Below, piece after piece: positions 53,362-62,335 of a stretch of DNA of 64,000 nt (position 1 is the stretch's first letter; each line of letters begins with the position of its first letter). The position numbers and the translations under genes were made by a program. Origin of the DNA: Nitrosopumilus sp. (lineage in GTDB: Archaea > Thermoproteota > Nitrososphaeria > Nitrososphaerales > Nitrosopumilaceae); the NCBI GenBank assembly GCA_965218695.1, contig OZ244651.1, positions 2,208,001-2,272,000 of the forward strand, read 5' to 3'. The notes under the pieces are model-generated. The model was not told where the DNA came from. It did not search any database and worked only from the letters and a program-made list of their open reading frames with translations.

Positions 53362-53691
53362 ATGCCAGATGTCACGTATGATGATTTTGCCAAACTCGAC
53401 ATCCGGGTAGCAAGAATCGTTGCAGCCCAGCCCATACCTGGAAAATCAAGGATTCTCAAGGGACGGATTGATCTGGGAGACGGGGATCAGCGTGATGTGA
53501 TTATAGGGGGCGCACAGTATTTTCAGCCCGACGAGATTGTAGGGATGACGGCAGTGGCGGTTGTAAATCTGGAACCAAAGAGGCTGGCCGGAGTCGAGTC
53601 AAGCGCAATGCTGCTAGCCGCAGACGTAAACGACAAGCCGTTCTGGCTTACCGTATCCGGGGATGCTCCTCCTGGAAGCCCCGTAAAGTAA
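53362..53691 (+). CDS. tRNA-binding OB-fold protein (CsaA/MetRS C-terminal-like)
   Basis: DDFAKLDIRV, VNLEPKRLAGVESSAMLL. Confidence 0.9.
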   Translation: MPDVTYDDFAKLDIRVARIVAAQPIPGKSRILKGRIDLGDGDQRDVIIGGAQYFQPDEIVGMTAVAVVNLEPKRLAGVESSAMLLAADVNDKPFWLTVSGDAPPGSPVK

Positions 53692-53807
53692 GTCGGTCGG
53701 TCGGCCGGCCGGCTGCCAACGGCAGATCATGCACGCCCCCGACGAATACGGCACAGGCAGTACCCAGGCATGGGCGGTGATCTTAAATGAAAAAGTTGGA
53801 TCTATGA

Positions 53808-54368
53808 CTAGTCATAAATCATTAGATTCTTCTCTTCTAGCATCGAATGAAGGTTGTTCACTGACCGGTAAACGTCGGGCTCTTTTTTGGCACCCGTACA
53901 GACAAGCTTTCCTGAGGAAAATAGCAAAATGACTGTCTTGGGGTCTAGCATTCTATGAATGAGTCCTGGAAACTGTTCTGGCTCGTACATGCTTCGCGGC
54001 AGCGTCCTTGCGGCCTGTTCAAGATGAATCCTTCCACCTAGGTTGATCGATGCTACGATGTTCTGAATCTCTACTACTGCGTCCTTCTTTACCTTGATTC
54101 CGCCCTTGCGGAGCTTTTGAACCACCGTCTTGACTGCCTTTCTTGCCATCTCCTCTGATTTGGAGCCTGTACATACCATCTTTCCCGAGGTGAAGATCAG
54201 TGTCGCAGTCTTGGGTACCTTGAGTCTGAAGACCAGTCCGGGAAACTGATCCGGATGGTACTCTACGTCCGGAAACGTCCTTGTGATCTCGTTGAGATCC
54301 ATCTTTTGATCCACAGATGCCGAGGCTACAACATTTTCCACACTTACAATAGGTTTCGTTTGTGGCAT
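53808..54368 (-). CDS. tbp: TATA-box-binding protein
   Basis: Duplicated NVVAS/NIVAS..QFPGL..SGK.VCTG repeats. Confidence 0.98.
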   Translation of the reverse strand: MPQTKPIVSVENVVASASVDQKMDLNEITRTFPDVEYHPDQFPGLVFRLKVPKTATLIFTSGKMVCTGSKSEEMARKAVKTVVQKLRKGGIKVKKDAVVEIQNIVASINLGGRIHLEQAARTLPRSMYEPEQFPGLIHRMLDPKTVILLFSSGKLVCTGAKKEPDVYRSVNNLHSMLEEKNLMIYD

Positions 54369-54460
54369 ATTCCGCTTTTTGGTATTTGAACTATAATAAA
54401 AAAGTGCTTTTCTCGTCCGGTATTAGACATGCTTTTTAAGGAAAGTGTGCTCGCAGGGCG

Positions 54461-55816
54461 ATGACCCGGGAAAAGAGGCCCAAGAGGCACGACAAGATGC
54501 TGGAATTGGAGTCCGTGGTGCGCTGGCGGGGGCAGCTCAACGAGAGCGGCATCAGCAGCGGCATAAAAATCAACACCTACACGCGCGCCGTCTACCTGTC
54601 CAAGCTGTACCATTTCAACGAGTGGCTGGTCAAGCGCGAGTTCACCGTGCGCGTGCCGGTCGTAAAAAGCAAAAGGACGGTCCGCGAAAGCAGGCGGATG
54701 CCGTTTGCCAACGTGGAGGTGCTGCTCCACTTCGGCGAGGACGACAACGCCAAGAAGGTAAAGAGGATCGTTCAGGACTACCTGGCGGTGCTGCGCGACA
54801 GGGGGCTGTCCAACTCCACCATGGCCGGAGCGTGCTCGGCCATCAAGTCGTACTTTGACACGAACGACGTGGTAGTCAACGTCAAGCCACATTCGCTCAA
54901 GAGAAACGGATCAGTGGCTGTCGACGAGACCAAGCTGACGCTGCCGGAATTCTACAAGATGATGACCGTCGGCAAGATGAACCACCTGACGCGCGCCGTC
55001 CTCATGGTAAAGTTCCAGGCGGGGCTGGACAGGAGCACGCTCGCCGACAGGTTCAACTTCCACGCGTACGCGCAGATCGCGAAGTTCTGCGGGACCAAGA
55101 ACCACCGCGAATGGAGCCTCGACAAGTGCCCGATCCCGATCAGGCTCGTGCGGGTAAAGACCGGCGTCCAGTTCACCACCTTCATAGACCGCGACGCGCT
55201 GGCGGCGCTCAAGGACTACCTGGCGTGGAGGGAGGAAAATCACCCGTCGCACGATCCCGACGGCCCGATCTTCATCACCACGAAGGGCGAGCCGGTGTCC
55301 GTCGAGTGGGTGTCGCACACGTTCGCGAAGGGGGCCAAGTACTCCATGACGCAAAAGCGCCTGGGCCCACGCAAGGTCAAGCTGACGTCGCACTCCGTGC
55401 GCCACCTGCTCAAGACGACCCTCATCACCTGCGGGTGCGACCGATACGTGGCAGACTACGCCATCGGGCACGCGCCCGACACCTATGAAAGGCCGGATCT
55501 GTGTCCGGACAAGCTGAGGCGCGAGTACGCCAAGGCGTCGCACGCGATCAACATAATCTCCAAGGCCGCATCGAAGATAAACGACATGAGACCCGCAAAC
55601 GCCATGGAAAAGGATCTGGAGGCAAGCAAGGCCAAGGTAGAGGAGTTGGAAAAGAAGGTCAACGAACTGAAGGCCGAGATTGCCAAGAAGAACGCCAGAA
55701 GCGCAGACGCCGTATCCAAGCTCGACATGGTGGTAAGGGCGATCATCGACGCGTCAGGCGATCCCGACGGGGACTTCCGCCAGAACCTCAAGGACAGGCT
55801 CGGCGGACTGCCTTAG
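54461..55816 (+). CDS. Tyrosine recombinase/integrase with C-terminal coiled coil
   Basis: SAM-like N-domain (LSNST..AIKSYF), AGLDR, RVKTG, HSVR, AIGH, downstream Tyr. Confidence 0.85.
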   Translation: MTREKRPKRHDKMLELESVVRWRGQLNESGISSGIKINTYTRAVYLSKLYHFNEWLVKREFTVRVPVVKSKRTVRESRRMPFANVEVLLHFGEDDNAKKVKRIVQDYLAVLRDRGLSNSTMAGACSAIKSYFDTNDVVVNVKPHSLKRNGSVAVDETKLTLPEFYKMMTVGKMNHLTRAVLMVKFQAGLDRSTLADRFNFHAYAQIAKFCGTKNHREWSLDKCPIPIRLVRVKTGVQFTTFIDRDALAALKDYLAWREENHPSHDPDGPIFITTKGEPVSVEWVSHTFAKGAKYSMTQKRLGPRKVKLTSHSVRHLLKTTLITCGCDRYVADYAIGHAPDTYERPDLCPDKLRREYAKASHAINIISKAASKINDMRPANAMEKDLEASKAKVEELEKKVNELKAEIAKKNARSADAVSKLDMVVRAIIDASGDPDGDFRQNLKDRLGGLP

Positions 55817-55985
55817 CGTGCCTTGACTCCAACGCGACTCTCAATCTGCAAGAGACGGGATAATTGCGGGTTGTTCCGTGCGGACGCGATGCTTGCCCTC
55901 AGTAACCAACAGATTAGGCAACGCATGAAACAGAAACGGCAGGCACAGTCAAAAATACTGGTTCAAATGCGGCAACCATAAAGTC

Positions 55986-56340
55986 CTACTCGTCATCCTT
56001 TTCAATACCCCTTTTCCTGTCGTAACGGCGGATGATTACTGGCAAGATTGCGCCTGCCATGAAAAGCGGACTGGCAGTGACTAAGAACGTGAGAAAGAAT
56101 ACGTGCCTTTCCGTTTTTATCTCGCACGGCCACGTGATTCCGTCCACCGAACATGGCGGAATCTGCATTTGCCATTGGGGGCAAGGTTGCATGATTCCGT
56201 TCACCTCATACCAGCAATTGTCAGAATTGTGCCTGACGGCAGGCTCCAGAGGGAGTGCCAGCGCAAGATATGCGATCACGGCCACCGGGAGCAAGAAGAA
56301 AAACCCCCATGACAAGAATAATCTTGTGCCCGGTTTTCAT
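55986..56340 (-). pseudogene. Small Cys-containing membrane protein with 1-nt frameshift in a G-run
   Basis: ATG 56340 (MKTGHKIILVMG) joins FFFLLPVAV.. only if one G is removed at ~56304-56308. Confidence 0.6.
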
Positions 56341-56603
56341 TTTTTGATCCTCCACAATGCCAAGACGCCCATGCAGGCAAACGACACACCCAGCATGAGG
56401 AACCCAGCCGGTTCTTCTGGCACGACGTCAAAAAGATTTGTGGACGCCGACGTTCCAAAGAAGTTGAGCCCACTAATGTGTGATGACTCGTTGTTGCAAT
56501 CTGGCAGCATTTCGCATGTGAGCCAAACAACGTGTGGCACCTGAGGCCAAACTGCAAAGAAGGCCAGAGTCGTGATTGCCGGGGCTTTGTACCGATTTCT
56601 CAT
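56337..56603 (-). CDS. Small membrane protein
   Basis: Two hydrophobic segments; ATGA overlap with next gene. Confidence 0.6.
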   Translation of the reverse strand: MRNRYKAPAITTLAFFAVWPQVPHVVWLTCEMLPDCNNESSHISGLNFFGTSASTNLFDVVPEEPAGFLMLGVSFACMGVLALWRIKK

Positions 56604-56625
56604 CTTCTGAATTTCGGCTTCGTTT

Positions 56626-58224
56626 GTAACTGTGTAGTTTTTTGATCAAATGCTGAATTCCATGTCTCCAAGAAACTATGTATTTTTTTGACATAGGACC
56701 AGACCCTCGCGCAGGACCGTGCCAAGATCATCTCCCCTTGCCTTGCATGTCTGCTTGATGCTCATCAGCGTGGCAATGGCGTCTGCGCCCTTCTTTGACC
56801 TGCTCCCGTTGCTGTTCTTGCGCAGGATGACGCACGGCCTGATGGCCCGCTCTGCCCGGTTGTTGTGGTATTCGACATCGTCTGTCTCCAGAAACGCAAA
56901 CAGGTGATCCCTTTCCCGCACCAGCCTCTTGCGCATCCTGTTGCAGTGCTTGCAGTCGCGGTTCTTCTCGAGCCTGCCTATCATGGACGCGATGCGACGA
57001 TCCAGCCTCTTCTTTGCGGCAAGCGCGTCTGCCCCTCCCGGAACGGCGCCGTCGACGTGCGAGTCCCGCAGTATCGCGCGCAGCGTCCTTGCGTGCCGAC
57101 GGTAGTCCTGGCCGGGATTCTTGTATCTCAGGGTGGCCTTGACGTCCCGGACGTAATGCAGGTGGCACTTTTGGTGCATGGCTCCTATGACGTTCCACGC
57201 TCCCCACGAGTCAGACGTCACGCATCCCGGGTAGTCCTTGCCGAGCATCTTTTTTGGAACCTTCGAGTTCCTGCGGCGGTGCACCTCGTAGATTACGGCG
57301 TACCTTGTTACCACCGCCCACAGCCAGTAGTTCGTGCCGTCGACGCGCCAGACGGACTCGTCCCCGTTTATCGCAGGCGAGTTTCTTACCTCCTCCTTGA
57401 TCTTCTCGTACAGCGGCCCGAGCTCCCGGGCCATCCTGCACACCATACGGTTTATCGCAGATTCCGTGATTCTTGCCGAGTACATCATCATGACAATATT
57501 GCATATTCTGAGGTCTGACATGCCGTGCAGCCTGAGGATGACCATCATTATCATAAAGTTGATCCCGTACCTGGAGTTTGGCAGTGCCAGCGGAGTCCTG
57601 CCGGACACGGTCTTCTTGCAGTTCCTGCAACGTCTTCTCTTTACTGTCACCTTGATGTGCTTTAGTTCCGTCTTGGCAGCCTCCCTTACCACCTTTGTGT
57701 ACGTGGATACGCACTCGGAGAGGTCGGAGCTGCCGCAGTTGTCGCACGTGTGGGGATCTGCCGTCTCCTCTGCGTCTATTCTTTCAGGACGCGCAAGGCC
57801 CGTGCGCCTGTGGACGCTTGGCTTGCCCTTGGCCTTTGTGCGGCGTCTGGCACTGCCCGTCTTTTTGTCAGGTTTTGCGCCGATGCTCCTTGCAACGGCA
57901 GCCGATATGGTGCCCCTTGCTTCCTGCAACTCTGCCGTGAGGTCCTGGATCTGCCTGAGGGCGGCAGCGTAAAGATCAGTGAGTTTGGCTATCTGCTGGT
58001 CCTTTTTGGCCAGCTGCCCTGCCATCATCTCCACTTTTTCCTCCAGTTCTGCAATCCTTGACTCGGAATTATCATCAGACATAATGCAAACCGTGGGAAC
58101 TGATGATCTAAAAATTGGAATGGAGAGAAAAACTCGATCAAGTGATTAAAAATAGTTTCAAAAAAACTACACAGACGTTTGTAGGCATGGAATTCAACAT
58201 TTGATCAAAAAACTACACAGTTAC
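56626..58224 (-). mobile_element. IS66-family element, copy 2 (transposase 56676..58082)
   Basis: TIR GTAACTGTGTAGTTTTTTGATCAAATG; 8-bp TSD CTTCGTTT; close paralog of 6133-7773. Confidence 0.95.
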
Positions 58225-58254
58225 CTTCGTTTAATTATAATGGTTCCGAGTGTC

Positions 58255-58301
58255 GGTTCTGTAACGTTATCGTGTGCTGTGTATGGATCTTCTCCGGGTT
58301 G
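58255..58301 (+). repeat. Diverged copy of the 47829-type transposon end
   Basis: GGTTCTGT..GTT..TATGGATCTTCTCC..TTG. Confidence 0.7.
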
Positions 58302-58382
58302 GATCGCGGTTGAGGCTACACATTCACGGGGGCTCTTCAAACAAGACGGTCTGACGCATATCGATTGGATGAATTTTGTCTA

Positions 58383-58655
58383 AGATCCACATCTATGTTA
58401 ACCCCTCCCCGGGCTTGTCCAAGTTTTGCGTCCAGCTTGTCATATTGAGTATGTTTTTTTCCTTCTTAAGCGTTACCTGCATGCAGAATCCTGCCAGATC
58501 CGCGGGACAACAAGATCCAAACCTTGCCGTTTTCTGCAAATTTGACTGAATTCTTCTTGCAGGTAACGCTTAAGAAGACAAAGGGCATACCCAAAGTGAC
58601 AAGCTGGACGCAAAACACGGATGAGTCCGGGGAGGGGTTACATATATGTGGATCT
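58383..58655. repeat. 273-bp structure with ~100-bp imperfect inverted arms
   Basis: AGATCCACAT..CTTAAGCGTTACCTGCA / TGCAGGTAACGCTTAAG..ATGTGGATCT; no TSD seen. Confidence 0.9.
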
Positions 58656-58776
58656 GGAATGCCCTGTGGAGCATTTCTGGTGATCCTACTGATTGGTTTG
58701 CTGAAATCTTCGCCTTAGTCTGGCTTTCTTTGTAATTCTCTGTCGTGATTAAAGAAAAAGATTAGTTGTCTACGTC

Positions 58777-59340
58777 TTATCCGCCTCTTCCCAGATGTTC
58801 TGTTATCTTTTCTAGGTCCAGAGCCTCGTCATCCCATTGTTCATGGTATTTACCATTTTCACGTAGAACAAATGTAGATTGAATTCCTTGTGAATCATAG
58901 TATGTTCCATGTACTAAATCATCTACGGGATTATCCAGATAAACCAAGACTTGAGCATCTCTCTCGAATGTTGGAACCGGTTCAAATTTGGTTGTGACTT
59001 GATTGTGCGTTCCACCTACAGTCCTTACTGTGATAAGAGCACCTTCTAGCCCATCATCGCCCAAAAGAACATCGGTTACACGAAGATCAGTCAGTGTAAA
59101 GACCTTGGGGAAGACCAATTCACCTACACTAAAGTAGGTAAGATATGTCCTTGAATCATCTACGATGCCTTTAACGGCGATATCGGCTTTTTCTGCCATT
59201 TTTTCTGCTGTGCCTTCGACCATAAACCCATGTGTTTTACTTTCATGAGGTATGTATCCCATCACTGCGACAGTAAAAACCAACATGACCGTTAGAGAAA
59301 CTCCAATGGCTGGAATGGACACCAATTTTTTACGGCTCAT
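58777..59340 (-). CDS. Membrane-anchored/secreted hypothetical protein (cargo)
   Basis: Start MSRKK; N-terminal TM; lower GC than backbone. Confidence 0.8.
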   Translation of the reverse strand: MSRKKLVSIPAIGVSLTVMLVFTVAVMGYIPHESKTHGFMVEGTAEKMAEKADIAVKGIVDDSRTYLTYFSVGELVFPKVFTLTDLRVTDVLLGDDGLEGALITVRTVGGTHNQVTTKFEPVPTFERDAQVLVYLDNPVDDLVHGTYYDSQGIQSTFVLRENGKYHEQWDDEALDLEKITEHLGRGG

Positions 59341-59364
59341 TTTCAGTATTTTCCTTGAATTTCT

Positions 59365-60462
59365 GATCACCTAAATTTGCCAGTGCCATGTAACATTATC
59401 AGGTGCCAAGCATGGAATATGAATTTTCTCTGAAATGGTGTGGTGGATGGAGAAAGGCATTTTATGGGAACTGGTAATGCGGTCCACCCCGTTGGAAGTA
59501 TGAGCAGCTCTCTGTCTTCAACTTGGCAATTCTTCGTGCACGCCTCTGCATAATATTCCATCGATGAGTATGCTCTTGGTGTGGTAGAAGACTGATGTTG
59601 GATCCGTCGGAATGTGTTTCCCGTCAGGTGGATCTTCTGGCTACTGCTCCCATGCTCTTGCCTGTGCCTCTTCGAGGTACCTGTCGCAGTCATCACCGTC
59701 TTCTATCAGGATACAATCGCCGTACTCGCCGACGACTAGCCAGTAGTATAGGTCTGCTTCGCGCATCTCATACGGGGGACGTCCAAGCAGTGTTTGGGTC
59801 TCCACAATCTCCAGTATCTCCGGTGCCAGCACACTCATGCTGCCAAACATGTCCTCCAGGCTTTCACTGACCGCGCCTACTGGGTATTCTGCCTCCAGGT
59901 ATGCGTGAAGTTTTTGCAGCGGCTCCAGATCAGGCTGCTGGTACGTTCCGGCCAGCTTGCTTTCATGTATTACGAGTGCTGCCACCTTTTCCGGATTTAC
60001 TACCGCGTCTGTCAGTACAACAAAGTTGGTTGTACGTATACCCAAGTTGATGGATTCCTCCATGTGTGGGTTGCCTTTGCTTGCCTCCAGCCTTTCGTTC
60101 CAGCGGGTATAATTCCACCTGATCTCTTCTATTCCGTCAAAGTGTTCAACTAACGCAGGGGACATTTCGTACGGTATGCGGTAGCCGTCAAAGATCTTCC
60201 CGTTTGAGATGGATTCATGCCTCAACTCGGCTATTGACCGCTCTTCCTGTGTTTCCTCGCTCGGGGCATCTGCCAGCCCGTCATCATTTCCTACAAAGGA
60301 CAGTCCGGCCTGCACTACCAGAAGCAATGCCACAACTGCAAGCATTCCAGCTAGGATTAATTTTTTGCCAGTCATTGCCTTTTTGTTCATTGTTGATGTG
60401 GGAAAGTTTGGTTTAATAGGCTTTGATTAAAGATCTGTGGGCTCTGGTAAGTTTTGGTGATC
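59365..60462. mobile_element. Putative gene cassette bounded by 23-bp inverted motifs
   Basis: GATCACCTAAATTTGCCAGTGCC (59365-59387) and inverse GATCACCAAAACTTACCAGAGCC (60440-60462). Confidence 0.6.
59641..60390 (-). CDS. Secreted acidic hypothetical protein (cargo)
   Basis: Signal/TM N-terminus; 249 aa. Confidence 0.75.
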   Translation of the reverse strand: MNKKAMTGKKLILAGMLAVVALLLVVQAGLSFVGNDDGLADAPSEETQEERSIAELRHESISNGKIFDGYRIPYEMSPALVEHFDGIEEIRWNYTRWNERLEASKGNPHMEESINLGIRTTNFVVLTDAVVNPEKVAALVIHESKLAGTYQQPDLEPLQKLHAYLEAEYPVGAVSESLEDMFGSMSVLAPEILEIVETQTLLGRPPYEMREADLYYWLVVGEYGDCILIEDGDDCDRYLEEAQARAWEQ

Positions 60463-60723
60463 TGTCGTTCACTGTTCAAAAGTGTGTTTTGGGATATTCT
60501 CAGGATTCGGTTCCGCCGCATTTCATCAGGGCGTTCGAAAGTGTCATGCCCCCAATAATGTGGTTCAAAAGTGAACTGAGTCACATTCACACCTTGGTGG
60601 TAGATTTTCGTGATCTCAGTACGATCTTTTGAGTAACAAATGAGAGATCACTAGAATTTGCCAGAGCCATCGGCACCATACGCACATACAGGTCGGGGGC
60701 TTATATCGATAAGTATACAACCT

Positions 60724-61793
60724 TTACAGTTGTAAAGTCGTGCGTACCGCGTTGTTCCACGCCATCTTGTGGACGTACTTGATCCTGTAGTCGTCTTCCA
60801 CGAGTCCGGCGTACAGTTTAACGAATCCGTCCATGTCGTCCAAAAGCGACAAGGCCCATTTGATGCCGTCCAAGACGCTAGATACAATCACTTGGCAGCC
60901 GTGTTCCATCCCGATCCGTTCCGCTTCCAGCACTGCCGCTCCCATGTCGCCGACCGGCGTAGCGGCCAGCAGTCTGTATTTGTTGGCAGATGGGGCTTTG
61001 GAACCGCCTCTTACGCGCCGCACGATCACTGGGGTGATCGACTTTCCAGGCCGGATCTCGACTAACTCGTAGACGAATCCGGTATCTGGATCGAACTCCT
61101 TCACGTGCCCGAACGCGCTAGCTCCCGTACCGCGCACAACCGTCTCGGTTACCGACGCGCCGCCCCACGCGCCGTTTCCAGCAGCTTCCCTGTAGGCAGC
61201 ATGAACTGCCAGCGTAGGAAGTCTTATCCTTGCCTGGTCGCCGCACTTGAAGTGCTTTTCAAGTATCCTTTCCACATCATTTGCAGTCAGGCCTACGGGC
61301 CTGTCGAGTTTTGCCTTCCCTATCTCGCGCAAGTCAACCAAGACCTTGAGCGCGTAAACCAGAAGGTCTCTCGGATTGGCCTTGCCGTCCTCCACGTGGC
61401 CCAGCATGGACAAGAACGCCTCCCTGACTCCCCCGCCACCGATGTCGCCGGGATATTCAAATCCATACGGCGCCTTCCAGTCAAACGAATGATCAGACCA
61501 CCCCGATCTCCGATCCGCAGAGAAGCCGTTGGACTCCAGAAACGGCGTGACAGTCCCGGCATCCAGATTGCGCCCGGAATAGCCGCCCGGAATGTCTGAG
61601 CGGTGCAGCCGCACGTCCTGTCCGGGATCGGTGCATTTCTTGAGCAACGACGTGATCATGACCGTGACTGCCGCCCCGTTGCCTGACGACGCCACCGTTT
61701 CCACCATTTCCTTGGCCAGCTTGTACGGTGCGTGCCCGCCACCGGAGGCAGCTATATTCAGGCATTCTCGGAGAATATGACGTGCATTCATCA
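60724..61793 (-). CDS. Type II restriction-endonuclease-like protein, apparently degenerate
   Basis: YSGRNLD..VTPFL..SGW..PY..YPGDI pattern recalled from REase-like proteins; likely start MMNARH. Confidence 0.55.
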
Positions 61794-61799
61794 TTTTTG

Positions 61800-61988
61800 C
61801 AGGGAAGAAATGGCATATAAGCGCGGCACTCAGCGTCAGGAGGTAGCGGCTGGCGGCAATCCTCCGGGAACTGACGTTCTCTGCGGACTGGACATAAATC
61901 TTGTATTGCTCAAGAATGTCTGCGGTAAAGGAGCCATCATATGTTTTCTTGGTCTTGCGAACCAGATCCTCGTCCTGTCGGTCAGTCA
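61800..61988 (-). pseudogene. N-terminal fragment of a RipA-like membrane protein
   Basis: ILEQYKIYVQSAENVSSRR..YLLTLSAAL; family assignment from memory. Confidence 0.5.
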
Positions 61989-62180
61989 CGCACATAGTGG
62001 GCGGATGGTCGGGTGGCTTGCCTGCATCGTGTAGTCGCTCTTGCACCAACCACATCTGCGCCCGTCTTTCCAGATGTTTACTTCAAACCATTCCATTGCT
62101 GTCTCGTCATCGGGAAACTTTTCAAACAGTTCTGTCAGGGTTATCCCCTTGCCGATGCGGTCTTGGGGCGGTCTGGGCAC
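61986..62180 (-). pseudogene. IS1595-family transposase N-terminal zinc-ribbon remnant
   Basis: LTELFEKFPDDETAMEWFEVNIWKDGRRCGWC; no DDE domain; GGTTCT-type end at 62313-62318. Confidence 0.8.
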
Positions 62181-62192
62181 GTACCCGTTCTG

Positions 62193-62285
62193 GTAACTGC
62201 TTAGGTTCACGCCTAGGCTCGTCTTGCAATTGGTCAAGTTTACGCCTGCTAATCCTGAAATTCACGTACGAACCTAAGCAGTTAC
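62193..62285. mobile_element. 93-bp MITE (second type)
   Basis: 16-bp TIR GTAACTGCTTAGGTTC; flanking direct repeat CCCGTTCTG. Confidence 0.92.
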
Positions 62286-62335
62286 CCCGTTCTGCGACGA
62301 ATGATTTAATTTAGAACCGCGACAGGTAGCATCTA

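Noticed and set aside
54369-54460. tRNA or att site for the integrase
   Set aside because: No cloverleaf and no direct repeat matching the 62.3-kb border was found.
59510-59643. Amber read-through of the 249-aa cargo gene
   Set aside because: The frame closes ~40 codons later and no pyl genes are seen; decay is more likely.
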